This document shows, piece by piece, positions 1 through 6,979 of a stretch of 21,885 nt of DNA. How positions within the stretch are numbered: position 1 is the stretch's first letter; each line of letters opens with the position of its first letter. Source of the DNA: an uncultured archaeon (GTDB lineage Archaea; Iainarchaeota; Iainarchaeia; Iainarchaeales; CSSED10-239); contig CAZQEL010000016.1 of the NCBI GenBank assembly GCA_964591795.1, positions 1-21,885 of the forward strand, given 5' to 3'. The notes below the pieces were generated by a model. That model saw nothing but the letters and a program-made list of their open reading frames with translations, was not told the DNA's origin and searched no databases. The position numbers and the translations under genes are program-made.

Positions 1-3000
1 TCTAGTACTACTCCTAGTACTCAAATTTATTATACTTTAGATGGTAGTGATCCAATTTGTTCTGGTTCTCCAGGAACTCTATATTCATCACCAATTTCTG
101 TTTCTACAGACACAACTATAAAGTCAATAGGTTGTCGTGCAAGTTATAATTCAAGTTCAGTTGTAACTAACACATATACTTTTTTTGTACCTTTAGATGC
201 TTTGACTATAACTCCATTAGGTGGTAGTTATACTTCCATTCAATCAGTTGTAATCACAAGCACAAATGCTGGTGCTGATATTCATTATACTTTAACTGGT
301 ATTGATCCAACTGCATTTAGTCCAATTTATTCTGGTCCAATTTCAATTTCCTCAAATACAGTTTTAAAAGCTAAGGCTTTTGTTGATACTTTTGAAAGTC
401 CAATGAGTACTGAAGATTATAATATTACCCTTCCTGCTGTTGCACCTGTTCTTTTACCTGCAAGCGGAACTTATTCTGTTGACCAATCAATTCTAATGAG
501 TTCTACAACTCCAATGCCTTATACTATTAGATACACTACTGATGGTAGTGATCCAATTTCAACCAGTACATTATATGTTGTACCTGTTTTAATTAATATT
601 AATTCTACTTTAAAAGCCAAATCTTTTAAAACTGGTTGGTTTGATAGTCCAACAACTACTGCAACTTATAATTTTGCATTATCAGGTCCCACTTTTAATC
701 CTTTGCCTGGTGCCTATTCAAATGCGCAAACAATTCAATTAAATGCTGCTGCTGGTTCTCAAATTAGATATACTCTTGATGGTAGTAATCCAACTCAAAC
801 TACTGGTACTTTAATTAATGCTGGTGAGTCAACTACTAGTATTACTAGTAGTAAAACAGTAAAGGCTATTTCATTTAAATCTGGTTGGTCTTCAAGCCCA
901 GTTTTATCTGGTCTTTTTACAATTAACGATCCTGCTGCAATTCCAGTATTTTCTCCAAATGGTGGTACCCATACTAATAGTGTTTCAGTTTCAATAAATT
1001 GTACAACACCAAGTAGTACTATCAGATATACTACTAATGGTGTTGACCCAACAAGTATAATTGGAAACATTTATTCTGGAGCTTTTAATTTAACCAGTAC
1101 TACAACTTTAAAGGCCGTTTGTTATGCATCTGGTTATTCCACAAGTGCAGTTAAAAGTGCTTTATTTACAATTCAATTAATTGCTCTTATTCCAACTATA
1201 ACACCAAATGGTGGTAACTTTTCATCTAATACTTCAGCTTTATTATCTACTTTAACATCACTACCTTATACTATAAGATACACAACTGATGGTAGTGATC
1301 CAACTGCTACAAGCACAGGATATACAGGTAGTCCTGTTCTTCTTAATGGTAATACTACATTAAAAGCTGCAGTTTATAAAACTGGCTATAATACTAGTTC
1401 AATTACAACTAGTGTTTTTAATTTTGCTTATGTTGCTCCAACTTTTAATCCCACCGCTCCAAGTAATCATGCTGATTCAATTTCAGTTCAGATTAATGCT
1501 CCTGCTGGTGCTTTAATACAATATACTCTTGATGGAACTAATCCTACTCAAACTACTGGTATTCAAATTTTAGCCGGTGAATTTACTATTCCAATAACTT
1601 CAAGTTCAACTTTAAAAGCTATTGCTTATAGAACCGGTTGGACAAGTAGTCCAATTGCAATAGGTAATTACACTATTAATGCTCCTGCTGCAATACCTGT
1701 ATTTTCTCCAAATGGCGGTACACATATTAATAACGTTTCAGTTTCAATAAATTGTGCTACATCAGGTGGAAATATAAGATATACCACTGATAGTAGTGAC
1801 CCAACAAGTACAATTGGAAACATTTATTCTGGAGCTTTTAATTTAACCAGTACTACAACTTTAAAGGCCGTTTGTTATGCACCTGGTTTTTCTACAAGTT
1901 CTGTTGTTAGTTCTGTATTTACTATTAATATTGCTCCTACAGCTGTTATCGTGAGTGGTGGGGGTACTTTCTGTGGTTCTGCAGCTTTAACTGTTACAGG
2001 TGGTTCTGGAGGTATAATTTATTATCAAGGTACTACTTCAAATGGAACTAGTATAACTATTCCATCTACAAGTCAAGTTGTTTCTACAACTGGTACATAT
2101 TATTTTAGAGCTAGATCTACTGCTGGTGTATGGGGTTCACAAGGAAGTGTAAGTGTTACAATTAATCCAATATCTATTGCTCCAACATTAATTTCAGGAA
2201 CTACAAATGTATGTAGTGGAATAAGTACCACTTTAACTGCTACTGGTGGAACTGGTACTGGATACCAATGGTATGCTGGTGGTTGTGGTTCTGGCAGTAT
2301 TTTAAGCACAACTTCAAGTTTAACTATTAGTCCGACATCTAATACAACTTATTTTGTAAGAACTACAAGTTCTTGTGGTGCGTCAAGTTGTATTTCTAAA
2401 TTAGTAACTGTTACTACACTTCCAGTTGTGACTGTAACTCCAGCTACTAATTGTGGTTCTGGTAATGTTACTTTAAGTGCAACCCCATCTGAAGGAACTA
2501 TTAATTGGTATTCTTCAGCAACTGGTGCACCAATTGGATCTGGAAATACTTATACAACATATTTATCTACAACAACAACTTTCTATGTTGATGTTACTGG
2601 AGCTACTTGTGCTTTATCAGCAAGAATTCCTGTAACTGGTACTATTAATCCTTTACCTTCTGTAGTGAATGTAACTTCTGGTATTTACGGAGATTGTGGC
2701 CAAGGTTATCAATTAATTGCTACTGGTGGTTTTGGTGGAACTATATATTATCAAGGCACTACTTATAATGGAACTAGTACTGCTACTACAAGTAGTCCTA
2801 TAATAACTGCAAGTGGTACTTATTATTTCAGATCTAGGTCTAGTTATGGTTGTTGGGGTCCTCAAGGAAGTGTTAATGTTACTTATAATCCACCAGTTGT
2901 TGTTTATAACCAAACAAGTTTTTCAAATTTAGATGGTTGGACAAGAGAAGGTGGTTGGACAAGTTGGGGAACTGATAATGTGACATTTGTTAATGGTGGT

Positions 3001-3462
3001 GTAACTTCAATATCTTTTTGGACAGCTCCACCTGTATATTTTTATAGAAATGATTATGTGACTGATAATCTTATGATTGAGTCTGTTATTTCGCCAGGCC
3101 AAAGTAATCATAAGGCCGCAGTTTTATTTGATACTTTAAATAGTACTTCAACTTATAGTGCATTAATGTCTGATTATTATTATGACAGTGGATTTTATCT
3201 TAATTATTCATCTACACAATTAGGTTATGCTCAATATCCAACAATAGGGAATGCATGGTCTATTCCTAATAATACTAGATTTAATATAAAAATATTTAAA
3301 AATGGAGCTATTAAAAAAGCTAAATATTGGGAAGTAGGTACATCTGAACCAGTAAATTGGAATTTTAATATCCTTGATTCACATCGTTTAAACGGTGGTT
3401 GGGGTGGAACTGTAAATATGTTAGGTAAATTTTACTCTATCAAGGTTACTGATTGTAGTTAA
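1..3462 (+). CDS. Giant repeat-rich secreted/surface protein (adhesin-like), 5'-partial. Eight chitobiase/hexosaminidase-C-like modules, four Cys-containing Ig-like modules and a Trp-rich C-terminal domain.
   Basis: Frame 1 is open from nt 1, with no stop before the TTG at 202 that the ORF track uses. The gene therefore runs off the 5' edge; stop is TAA 3460-3462. Eight ~80-aa modules share the signature ..P.gG.y....v.l......I(R/H/Q/Y)YT(T/L)DGS(D/N)P......Y.g.i.i...T.LKA.....G...S, a PF13290-like pattern recognised by eye. Four ~80-aa Cys-bearing Ig-like modules follow (1927-2892), then a ~190-aa W/Y/N-rich domain (2893-3459). Confidence 0.85.
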   Translation, partial: SSTTPSTQIYYTLDGSDPICSGSPGTLYSSPISVSTDTTIKSIGCRASYNSSSVVTNTYTFFVPLDALTITPLGGSYTSIQSVVITSTNAGADIHYTLTGIDPTAFSPIYSGPISISSNTVLKAKAFVDTFESPMSTEDYNITLPAVAPVLLPASGTYSVDQSILMSSTTPMPYTIRYTTDGSDPISTSTLYVVPVLININSTLKAKSFKTGWFDSPTTTATYNFALSGPTFNPLPGAYSNAQTIQLNAAAGSQIRYTLDGSNPTQTTGTLINAGESTTSITSSKTVKAISFKSGWSSSPVLSGLFTINDPAAIPVFSPNGGTHTNSVSVSINCTTPSSTIRYTTNGVDPTSIIGNIYSGAFNLTSTTTLKAVCYASGYSTSAVKSALFTIQLIALIPTITPNGGNFSSNTSALLSTLTSLPYTIRYTTDGSDPTATSTGYTGSPVLLNGNTTLKAAVYKTGYNTSSITTSVFNFAYVAPTFNPTAPSNHADSISVQINAPAGALIQYTLDGTNPTQTTGIQILAGEFTIPITSSSTLKAIAYRTGWTSSPIAIGNYTINAPAAIPVFSPNGGTHINNVSVSINCATSGGNIRYTTDSSDPTSTIGNIYSGAFNLTSTTTLKAVCYAPGFSTSSVVSSVFTINIAPTAVIVSGGGTFCGSAALTVTGGSGGIIYYQGTTSNGTSITIPSTSQVVSTTGTYYFRARSTAGVWGSQGSVSVTINPISIAPTLISGTTNVCSGISTTLTATGGTGTGYQWYAGGCGSGSILSTTSSLTISPTSNTTYFVRTTSSCGASSCISKLVTVTTLPVVTVTPATNCGSGNVTLSATPSEGTINWYSSATGAPIGSGNTYTTYLSTTTTFYVDVTGATCALSARIPVTGTINPLPSVVNVTSGIYGDCGQGYQLIATGGFGGTIYYQGTTYNGTSTATTSSPIITASGTYYFRSRSSYGCWGPQGSVNVTYNPPVVVYNQTSFSNLDGWTREGGWTSWGTDNVTFVNGGVTSISFWTAPPVYFYRNDYVTDNLMIESVISPGQSNHKAAVLFDTLNSTSTYSALMSDYYYDSGFYLNYSSTQLGYAQYPTIGNAWSIPNNTRFNIKIFKNGAIKKAKYWEVGTSEPVNWNFNILDSHRLNGGWGGTVNMLGKFYSIKVTDCS
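427..1926 (+). repeat. Tandem duplication of a ~750-nt three-module unit inside the giant protein gene (copy A 427-1173, copy B 1174-1926).
   Basis: Modules pair up at an offset of about 750 nt: R2/R5, R3/R6 and R4/R7. A 70-nt perfect match exists (1059-1128 = 1812-1881, offset 753). The flanking sequence (about 901-1140 vs 1681-1900) is nearly identical. Confidence 0.85.
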
Positions 3463-3468
3463 GTTTAA

Positions 3469-3475
3469 TTTTTTT
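3469..3475 (+). terminator. Oligo-T tract (T7) just after the giant-protein stop; candidate archaeal intrinsic terminator.
   Basis: TAA at 3460-3462 is followed by gtttaaTTTTTTTag. Archaeal RNA polymerase terminates at oligo-T tracts. T runs are common in this AT-rich DNA, so specificity is low. Confidence 0.25.
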
Positions 3476-3636
3476 AGAATTTAATTATCTATTTTCTTTA
3501 TAATATATATTTAAAATAATTTTATTATTATTTATATTTTTAGATAAAAATTAAGCTTTAACAATATTAATAATTGTTGTAGTGGTGATTTTAGAATAGT
3601 TATTGTAAGAACAAGTGTTTTTTAAAATTAGTTTTT

Positions 3637-4086
3637 TTAAAATAATTTAGTTTGAGTATCTTTTAAATAAAGATTTTCATTAATTTCTTTTTGTTTTTCT
3701 TTTTTTTCTTTTTCTGAAAAACATATTACTGGAACGCCATATTGTCCTGCACCACCTGGTTTAAAAACAATAAAGTTTTTTCTAAATGCAATTATATATT
3801 TTGCAATAGTTTCATTTATTTTTTTAAGTTCTTCAAAAGATGTTTCTTGCATGATTTTTATTTCAGTATGTTTTTCAATAAATTTATCATAAACCTCAAT
3901 CACTCTCTTGTGATTAATATTTTTTTCATTAATTGCAAGTTGTATTACTTGTGCTAGTGGAATTAAATATTTATATTCTGGTCTATTAGTTATTTGTTTA
4001 AGATCTATATTGCCTTGTGCTACTGCAATTTCTTCACACCTTTCAGAAACTCCTTTTTTAATAATTCCTTTGCAAATAGAACATTT
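3637..4086 (-). CDS. Hypothetical protein with a problematic start, possibly frameshifted.
   Basis: The minus-strand frame is open for 150 codons from 4086 down to TAA (3639-3637). The sequence reads KCSICKGIIKKGVSERCEEIAVAQGNIDLKQITNRPEYKYLIPLAQVIQLAINEKNINHKR, then joins the ORF-track product MIEVYDKF. The only in-frame canonical start is the GTG at 3903. An ATG at 4090-4088 is out of frame by 1 nt across an A4 run (plus-strand TTTT 4084-4087). No family recognised. Confidence 0.45.
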   Translation of the reverse strand, partial: KCSICKGIIKKGVSERCEEIAVAQGNIDLKQITNRPEYKYLIPLAQVIQLAINEKNINHKRVIEVYDKFIEKHTEIKIMQETSFEELKKINETIAKYIIAFRKNFIVFKPGGAGQYGVPVICFSEKEKKEKQKEINENLYLKDTQTKLF

Positions 4087-4118
4087 TCATTTATATTCTT
4101 CTTCTTGTTTTAAAGTAA

Positions 4119-4460
4119 ATAACTGATGGTTTGTCTAATATTAATGTAATTGTTGCGGTTTATAGAATTGGTAGTAGTTATGCTGCAAAGGTATGTTATG
4201 ATTTTGTAGATTCTTATATGGATTATGATGATTGGTATCTTCCTGCTAAAGATCAATTTGCGATAATATAATCTATTGGTAATTCTAATGTTGTGAAAGA
4301 GACTTTTGTAGGAAGTTGGATTGATTTAGCTACTGTTACTTATTAGATAAATACTGAGACTGACTCATATCATCATTGGAATATTTATATAGCCAATGGA
4401 ATTATATCTTCTTCTAATAAAGACTATGCTATTCGTGTACATTGTGTTCGTGATTCGTAA
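4119..4460 (+). pseudogene. DUF1566 / Lcl C-terminal-like (C-type-lectin-fold) domain remnant, with two in-frame stops and no start or N-terminus.
   Basis: A single frame reads ...SSYAAKVCYDFVDSYMDYDDWYLPAKDQFAII*SIGNSNVVKETFVGSWIDLATVTY*INTETDSYHHWNIYIANGIISSSNKDYAIRVHCVRDS*. This matches the DUF1566 pattern A..C......DWRLP...EL..l(Y) ... YW.ST......aw.v.f..G.......k.....VRCVR. Stops are TAA at 4269-4271, TAG at 4344-4346 (where the conserved W is expected) and a terminal TAA at 4458-4460. A stop at 4116-4118 precedes the fragment, and there is no start codon or signal peptide. Confidence 0.55.
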
Positions 4461-4704
4461 TCATATGTTTTTAATGAGCATTTTGTAGAGGAATATAGAA
4501 TGTAATTTTAAAGTCAAGTTTAATAGGCTCTGATTTTATAAAATAAATTTTGATTGAAAAAAATTAAATGTATTTTTAAAAATAAAAAAACATAAATCAT
4601 GATAATCTTAAAATTTATAAAATCGCACTAGATATAGCAGTTTATTTTGAAAAAATTGTTTTTACTTTTGATAAATTTACTATTTATAATTAATAAAAAA
4701 ATAT

Positions 4705-5133
4705 TTATTTAAAGCTTTTAAGTGCTAGATAGAGTATAATAGCCCCAACTATAAACCAACTTACTATATGAGTTATTTTTGCAAGGGTTAGAGATAGTTT
4801 TTCAGCACTTAAAACTATTATAAGTCTTAATAAGTTTACTAACCATAGTAAAAGCACTGTGTATAATACACTCTTAATTTTAACTTTTTTTAAATAGGCT
4901 ATTTTTCCTGCAATAATTATTCCTAAGTATATTGAAAGACTAATTACTCCACTGCAAACTGGCACAAAAATAAATGCTTGATAATTAAAGAGATTGCCAA
5001 ATAAATGTTTTATTATATATTCCCATAGATTAATTAGGTTTATTGCTATGGTGTTTAGAAAAAGTATATTTAACAGAGTATACACTATTATAAAATAGAT
5101 AATAAATAAATATTTTTGATTTTTAATTTTCAT
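4705..5133 (-). CDS. Minimal exosortase/archaeosortase-family membrane protein (142 aa).
   Basis: Polytopic hydrophobic protein with the family's ordered signature. The elements are the Cys motif in a TM helix (FVPVCSGVISLS), a basic loop (YLKKVKIK), the N..R motif (LVNLLRLIIV) and a downstream His (KITHIVSWF). Only the catalytic core is present. Recognised by motif, not by search. Confidence 0.55.
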   Translation of the reverse strand: MKIKNQKYLFIIYFIIVYTLLNILFLNTIAINLINLWEYIIKHLFGNLFNYQAFIFVPVCSGVISLSIYLGIIIAGKIAYLKKVKIKSVLYTVLLLWLVNLLRLIIVLSAEKLSLTLAKITHIVSWFIVGAIILYLALKSFK

Positions 5134-5168
5134 GTTAATAGATATATGTATACAAACCTTTTAAAATC

Positions 5169-5858
5169 TTAAACAATTAAAACATATATTAGTATTGAAA
5201 GGCAACCTGCTATAAAAGTTGCTAAAAAATTAGTTTGGTTATTATTAAAGATTCCTTTTCTTTCTATAATTGCACCTACATAACTATCTATTATAGATCC
5301 TAAAATTCCACCTATAAATAAAACAATTATAAATGTAATTTCATAACCAATAAAGTAAAAAAACATACTAGAAATAAAAGATGCTAATAACGCTCCTGCA
5401 ATACCTAAAAAGGTAATTGCTCCATCAGTATTTTTTTTTACCTTTTTAAAATTAGTTATTAATCTTGGTTTGATTTTTGATAGTTTTCCAATTTCTGATG
5501 AAAAAGTATCTGAAAATGCAGCATTAATTGAAACAATACTTGCTAAAATAAATAAATGATAATCTAAAAGATTAAGTTGTGAGAAAACTAATCCAAGTAC
5601 TAAAAAAATAACTGCAGCAGAGCAGTTTCCTATTATGTTAGTGTAGTTTCTTTGTTTATGTTTTTTATTAAAAAGTAAGGTTATTCCTTCTGCCATTGTA
5701 AAAAAAATCACAATATAAATTACAGCGTATATATTAATAAAATATAAAACTAGACTTAATAATACATATATTAATGAAATTGTAAATAAATCATATCCTC
5801 GTAAAAGGTGCATGAATACACCTATGAGAATAAAAATAAGAAAATATAAAAAAAGCAT
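5169..5858 (-). CDS. DUF92 / TMEM19 / VTE6-family integral membrane protein.
   Basis: Multi-TM protein with the DUF92 motifs AAFSDTFSSEIGK (DT.aSE.G), NTDGAITFLGIAGALLAS (G..GgvT..G) and GSIIDSYVGAIIERKG (DS.lGA). Its ATG (5858) lies 6 nt after the S3Ae stop. Confidence 0.8.
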   Translation of the reverse strand: MLFLYFLIFILIGVFMHLLRGYDLFTISLIYVLLSLVLYFINIYAVIYIVIFFTMAEGITLLFNKKHKQRNYTNIIGNCSAAVIFLVLGLVFSQLNLLDYHLFILASIVSINAAFSDTFSSEIGKLSKIKPRLITNFKKVKKNTDGAITFLGIAGALLASFISSMFFYFIGYEITFIIVLFIGGILGSIIDSYVGAIIERKGIFNNNQTNFLATFIAGCLSILIYVLIV

Positions 5859-5864
5859 ATGCTA

Positions 5865-6437
5865 TCATGTTAACTTAGCTTTCACAACTAAAACTTTGTG
5901 AACATATCCAAGTTTAACAAGTCTTTTTTTAATTTTATCTGAAAATTTTTGAAAGATGATGTTTGACCATGTTTCCTTTATTGTTTTATCTTTAGTTTCT
6001 TCAATTAAAATTTCTTCAATAATTTTTCTAACTTCACGTCTGTTAGCTGTAGGAAATTTAGTTCCTGATAAAAACATTGTTTTTAATTTTAATCTATTAC
6101 CATCTTTTGTTTCTATAAAAAAAATATTGTCAACCTTAGATTTACCACGTCTTACCATTCTTTTTAAATTTGCAACCTTTGTATTAAATTCTTGTATTTG
6201 AGTATCAGCAGTAGTTCCAGTAACTTTGTTTATTTTAAAAGTTATTGTGTGTCCTGAGTCTCTAATATTTGAAGTTAATTCATTTAATGATTTTACAACG
6301 GTTCTACCCATTAATTGCTTGCTTTCAAGAGCTACTGTCTTTGCAATTTCTTTTGAGTCAAAGACTGCATCAGCATTAATGTTGTACCATTTCTTTTTTT
6401 TCCAATTATCTACTGTTTTTTTCTTTACGTTTACCAT
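5865..6437 (-). CDS. rps3ae: 30S ribosomal protein S3Ae (eS1).
   Basis: The N-terminus KKKTVDNWKKKKWYNINADAVF matches the eS1 signature (KK..DkWK.K.WY.i.AP..F). Length is 190 aa. Ends in TGA. Confidence 0.9.
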   Translation of the reverse strand: MVNVKKKTVDNWKKKKWYNINADAVFDSKEIAKTVALESKQLMGRTVVKSLNELTSNIRDSGHTITFKINKVTGTTADTQIQEFNTKVANLKRMVRRGKSKVDNIFFIETKDGNRLKLKTMFLSGTKFPTANRREVRKIIEEILIEETKDKTIKETWSNIIFQKFSDKIKKRLVKLGYVHKVLVVKAKLT

Positions 6438-6458
6438 GTTAATTACACCATTTTAATT

Positions 6459-6860
6459 TTATTTAACAAGCAATTTTGCTTTTTCGTCAGAATATCTCCA
6501 ATCTTTAGGAATTATTCCTTGTTTTATATAATATTTTTTTAATCTATTAATTTTAGAAACAGTTAATTGATACCCGTGTTTTCCTCTAGTATCCTTGTGA
6601 TTATTTTCTTTGTGTTTTATTAATTTAACTGCTCTTTTAATAAGTGCCATTAAATCATCAGGTATTTCTTTTTGGATGTTTAATTCTTTTTGAATTTTTC
6701 CAATTCTTTTACCAGTTTCTTTTTTTATTTTTAATACATTTAATTTTTTAAGTTCTAAACCAATAGCTGCATTTGACTCACCTTTTTTAGTAAGTTCTTC
6801 AATTTTCTTATAAATTTCGTCTTTTTCTATTTTTTTTGTAGTTTCTTTTTTTTCAACCAT
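6459..6860 (-). CDS. rps15: 30S ribosomal protein S15 (uS15, archaeal/eukaryotic S13e type).
   Basis: IPDDLMALIKRAVKLIKHKENNHKDTRGKHGYQLTVSKINRLKKYYIKQGIIPKDWRY matches the uS15 core (PEDL..L..KA..LrkHLe.N.KD..sk.gL.L.ESKI.RL.kYY...g.lP..WkY). Confidence 0.85.
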   Translation of the reverse strand: MVEKKETTKKIEKDEIYKKIEELTKKGESNAAIGLELKKLNVLKIKKETGKRIGKIQKELNIQKEIPDDLMALIKRAVKLIKHKENNHKDTRGKHGYQLTVSKINRLKKYYIKQGIIPKDWRYSDEKAKLLVK

Positions 6861-6890
6861 ATTTAATCATGTTTTTTTATTTTTAATATT

Positions 6891-6900
6891 TTTATATAAA
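6891..6900 (-). promoter_or_regulatory. Candidate TATA box for the rps15-rps3ae-DUF92 transcription unit.
   Basis: Palindromic TTTATATAAA lies 31-40 nt upstream of the rps15 ATG (6860), inside a 119-nt intergenic gap. TATA-like strings are frequent in this composition. Confidence 0.3.
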
Positions 6901-6979
6901 AATTGTGGCGATATTTTTATAAAAAGAATTATTATATTATATATAATTATTATTGCAATCTATTTATATATATATTTGT

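Noticed and set aside
202-204. TTG at 202, used by the ORF track as the start of the giant protein.
   Set aside because: Frame 1 is open from nt 1, and nt 1-201 encode another complete-looking repeat module (QIYYTLDGSDP...). The gene is therefore 5'-truncated by the window edge.
795-2913. Antisense ORFs inside the giant protein gene (795-1070, 2100-2309, 2713-2913, minus strand).
   Set aside because: They lie opposite a strongly supported repeat-domain CDS. Their translations are low-complexity mirror images (V/L/P/T-rich) with no motifs, typical of shadow ORFs.
3742-3957. 71-aa plus-strand ORF.
   Set aside because: It lies fully antisense to the 3637-4086 ORF. The sequence is an F/I/N/K-rich product of AT-rich DNA with no motif.
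3637-4460. Diversity-generating retroelement (DUF1566-type target, small adjacent ORF as an Avd-like accessory gene).
   Set aside because: No reverse transcriptase ORF (no YxDD-type motif) occurs anywhere in the window. I could find no second copy of the 4330-4460 segment to serve as a TR/VR pair. The adjacent ORF is not recognisably Avd-like. This remains a check to run genome-wide, not a call.
4461-4704. Possible ncRNA, tRNA or CRISPR in the larger spacers (3463-3636, 4461-4704, 15098-15338).
   Set aside because: The spacers are almost pure AT, with no GC-rich stems, no T-loop-like GTTCRAATC motif and no regularly spaced direct repeats. Only short partial repeats occur (for example ttttgaaaaaatt-like), as expected by chance at this composition.
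5956-6456. Plus-strand ORFs 5956-6201 and 6226-6456.
   Set aside because: They are antisense shadows of the clearly identified rps3ae gene.
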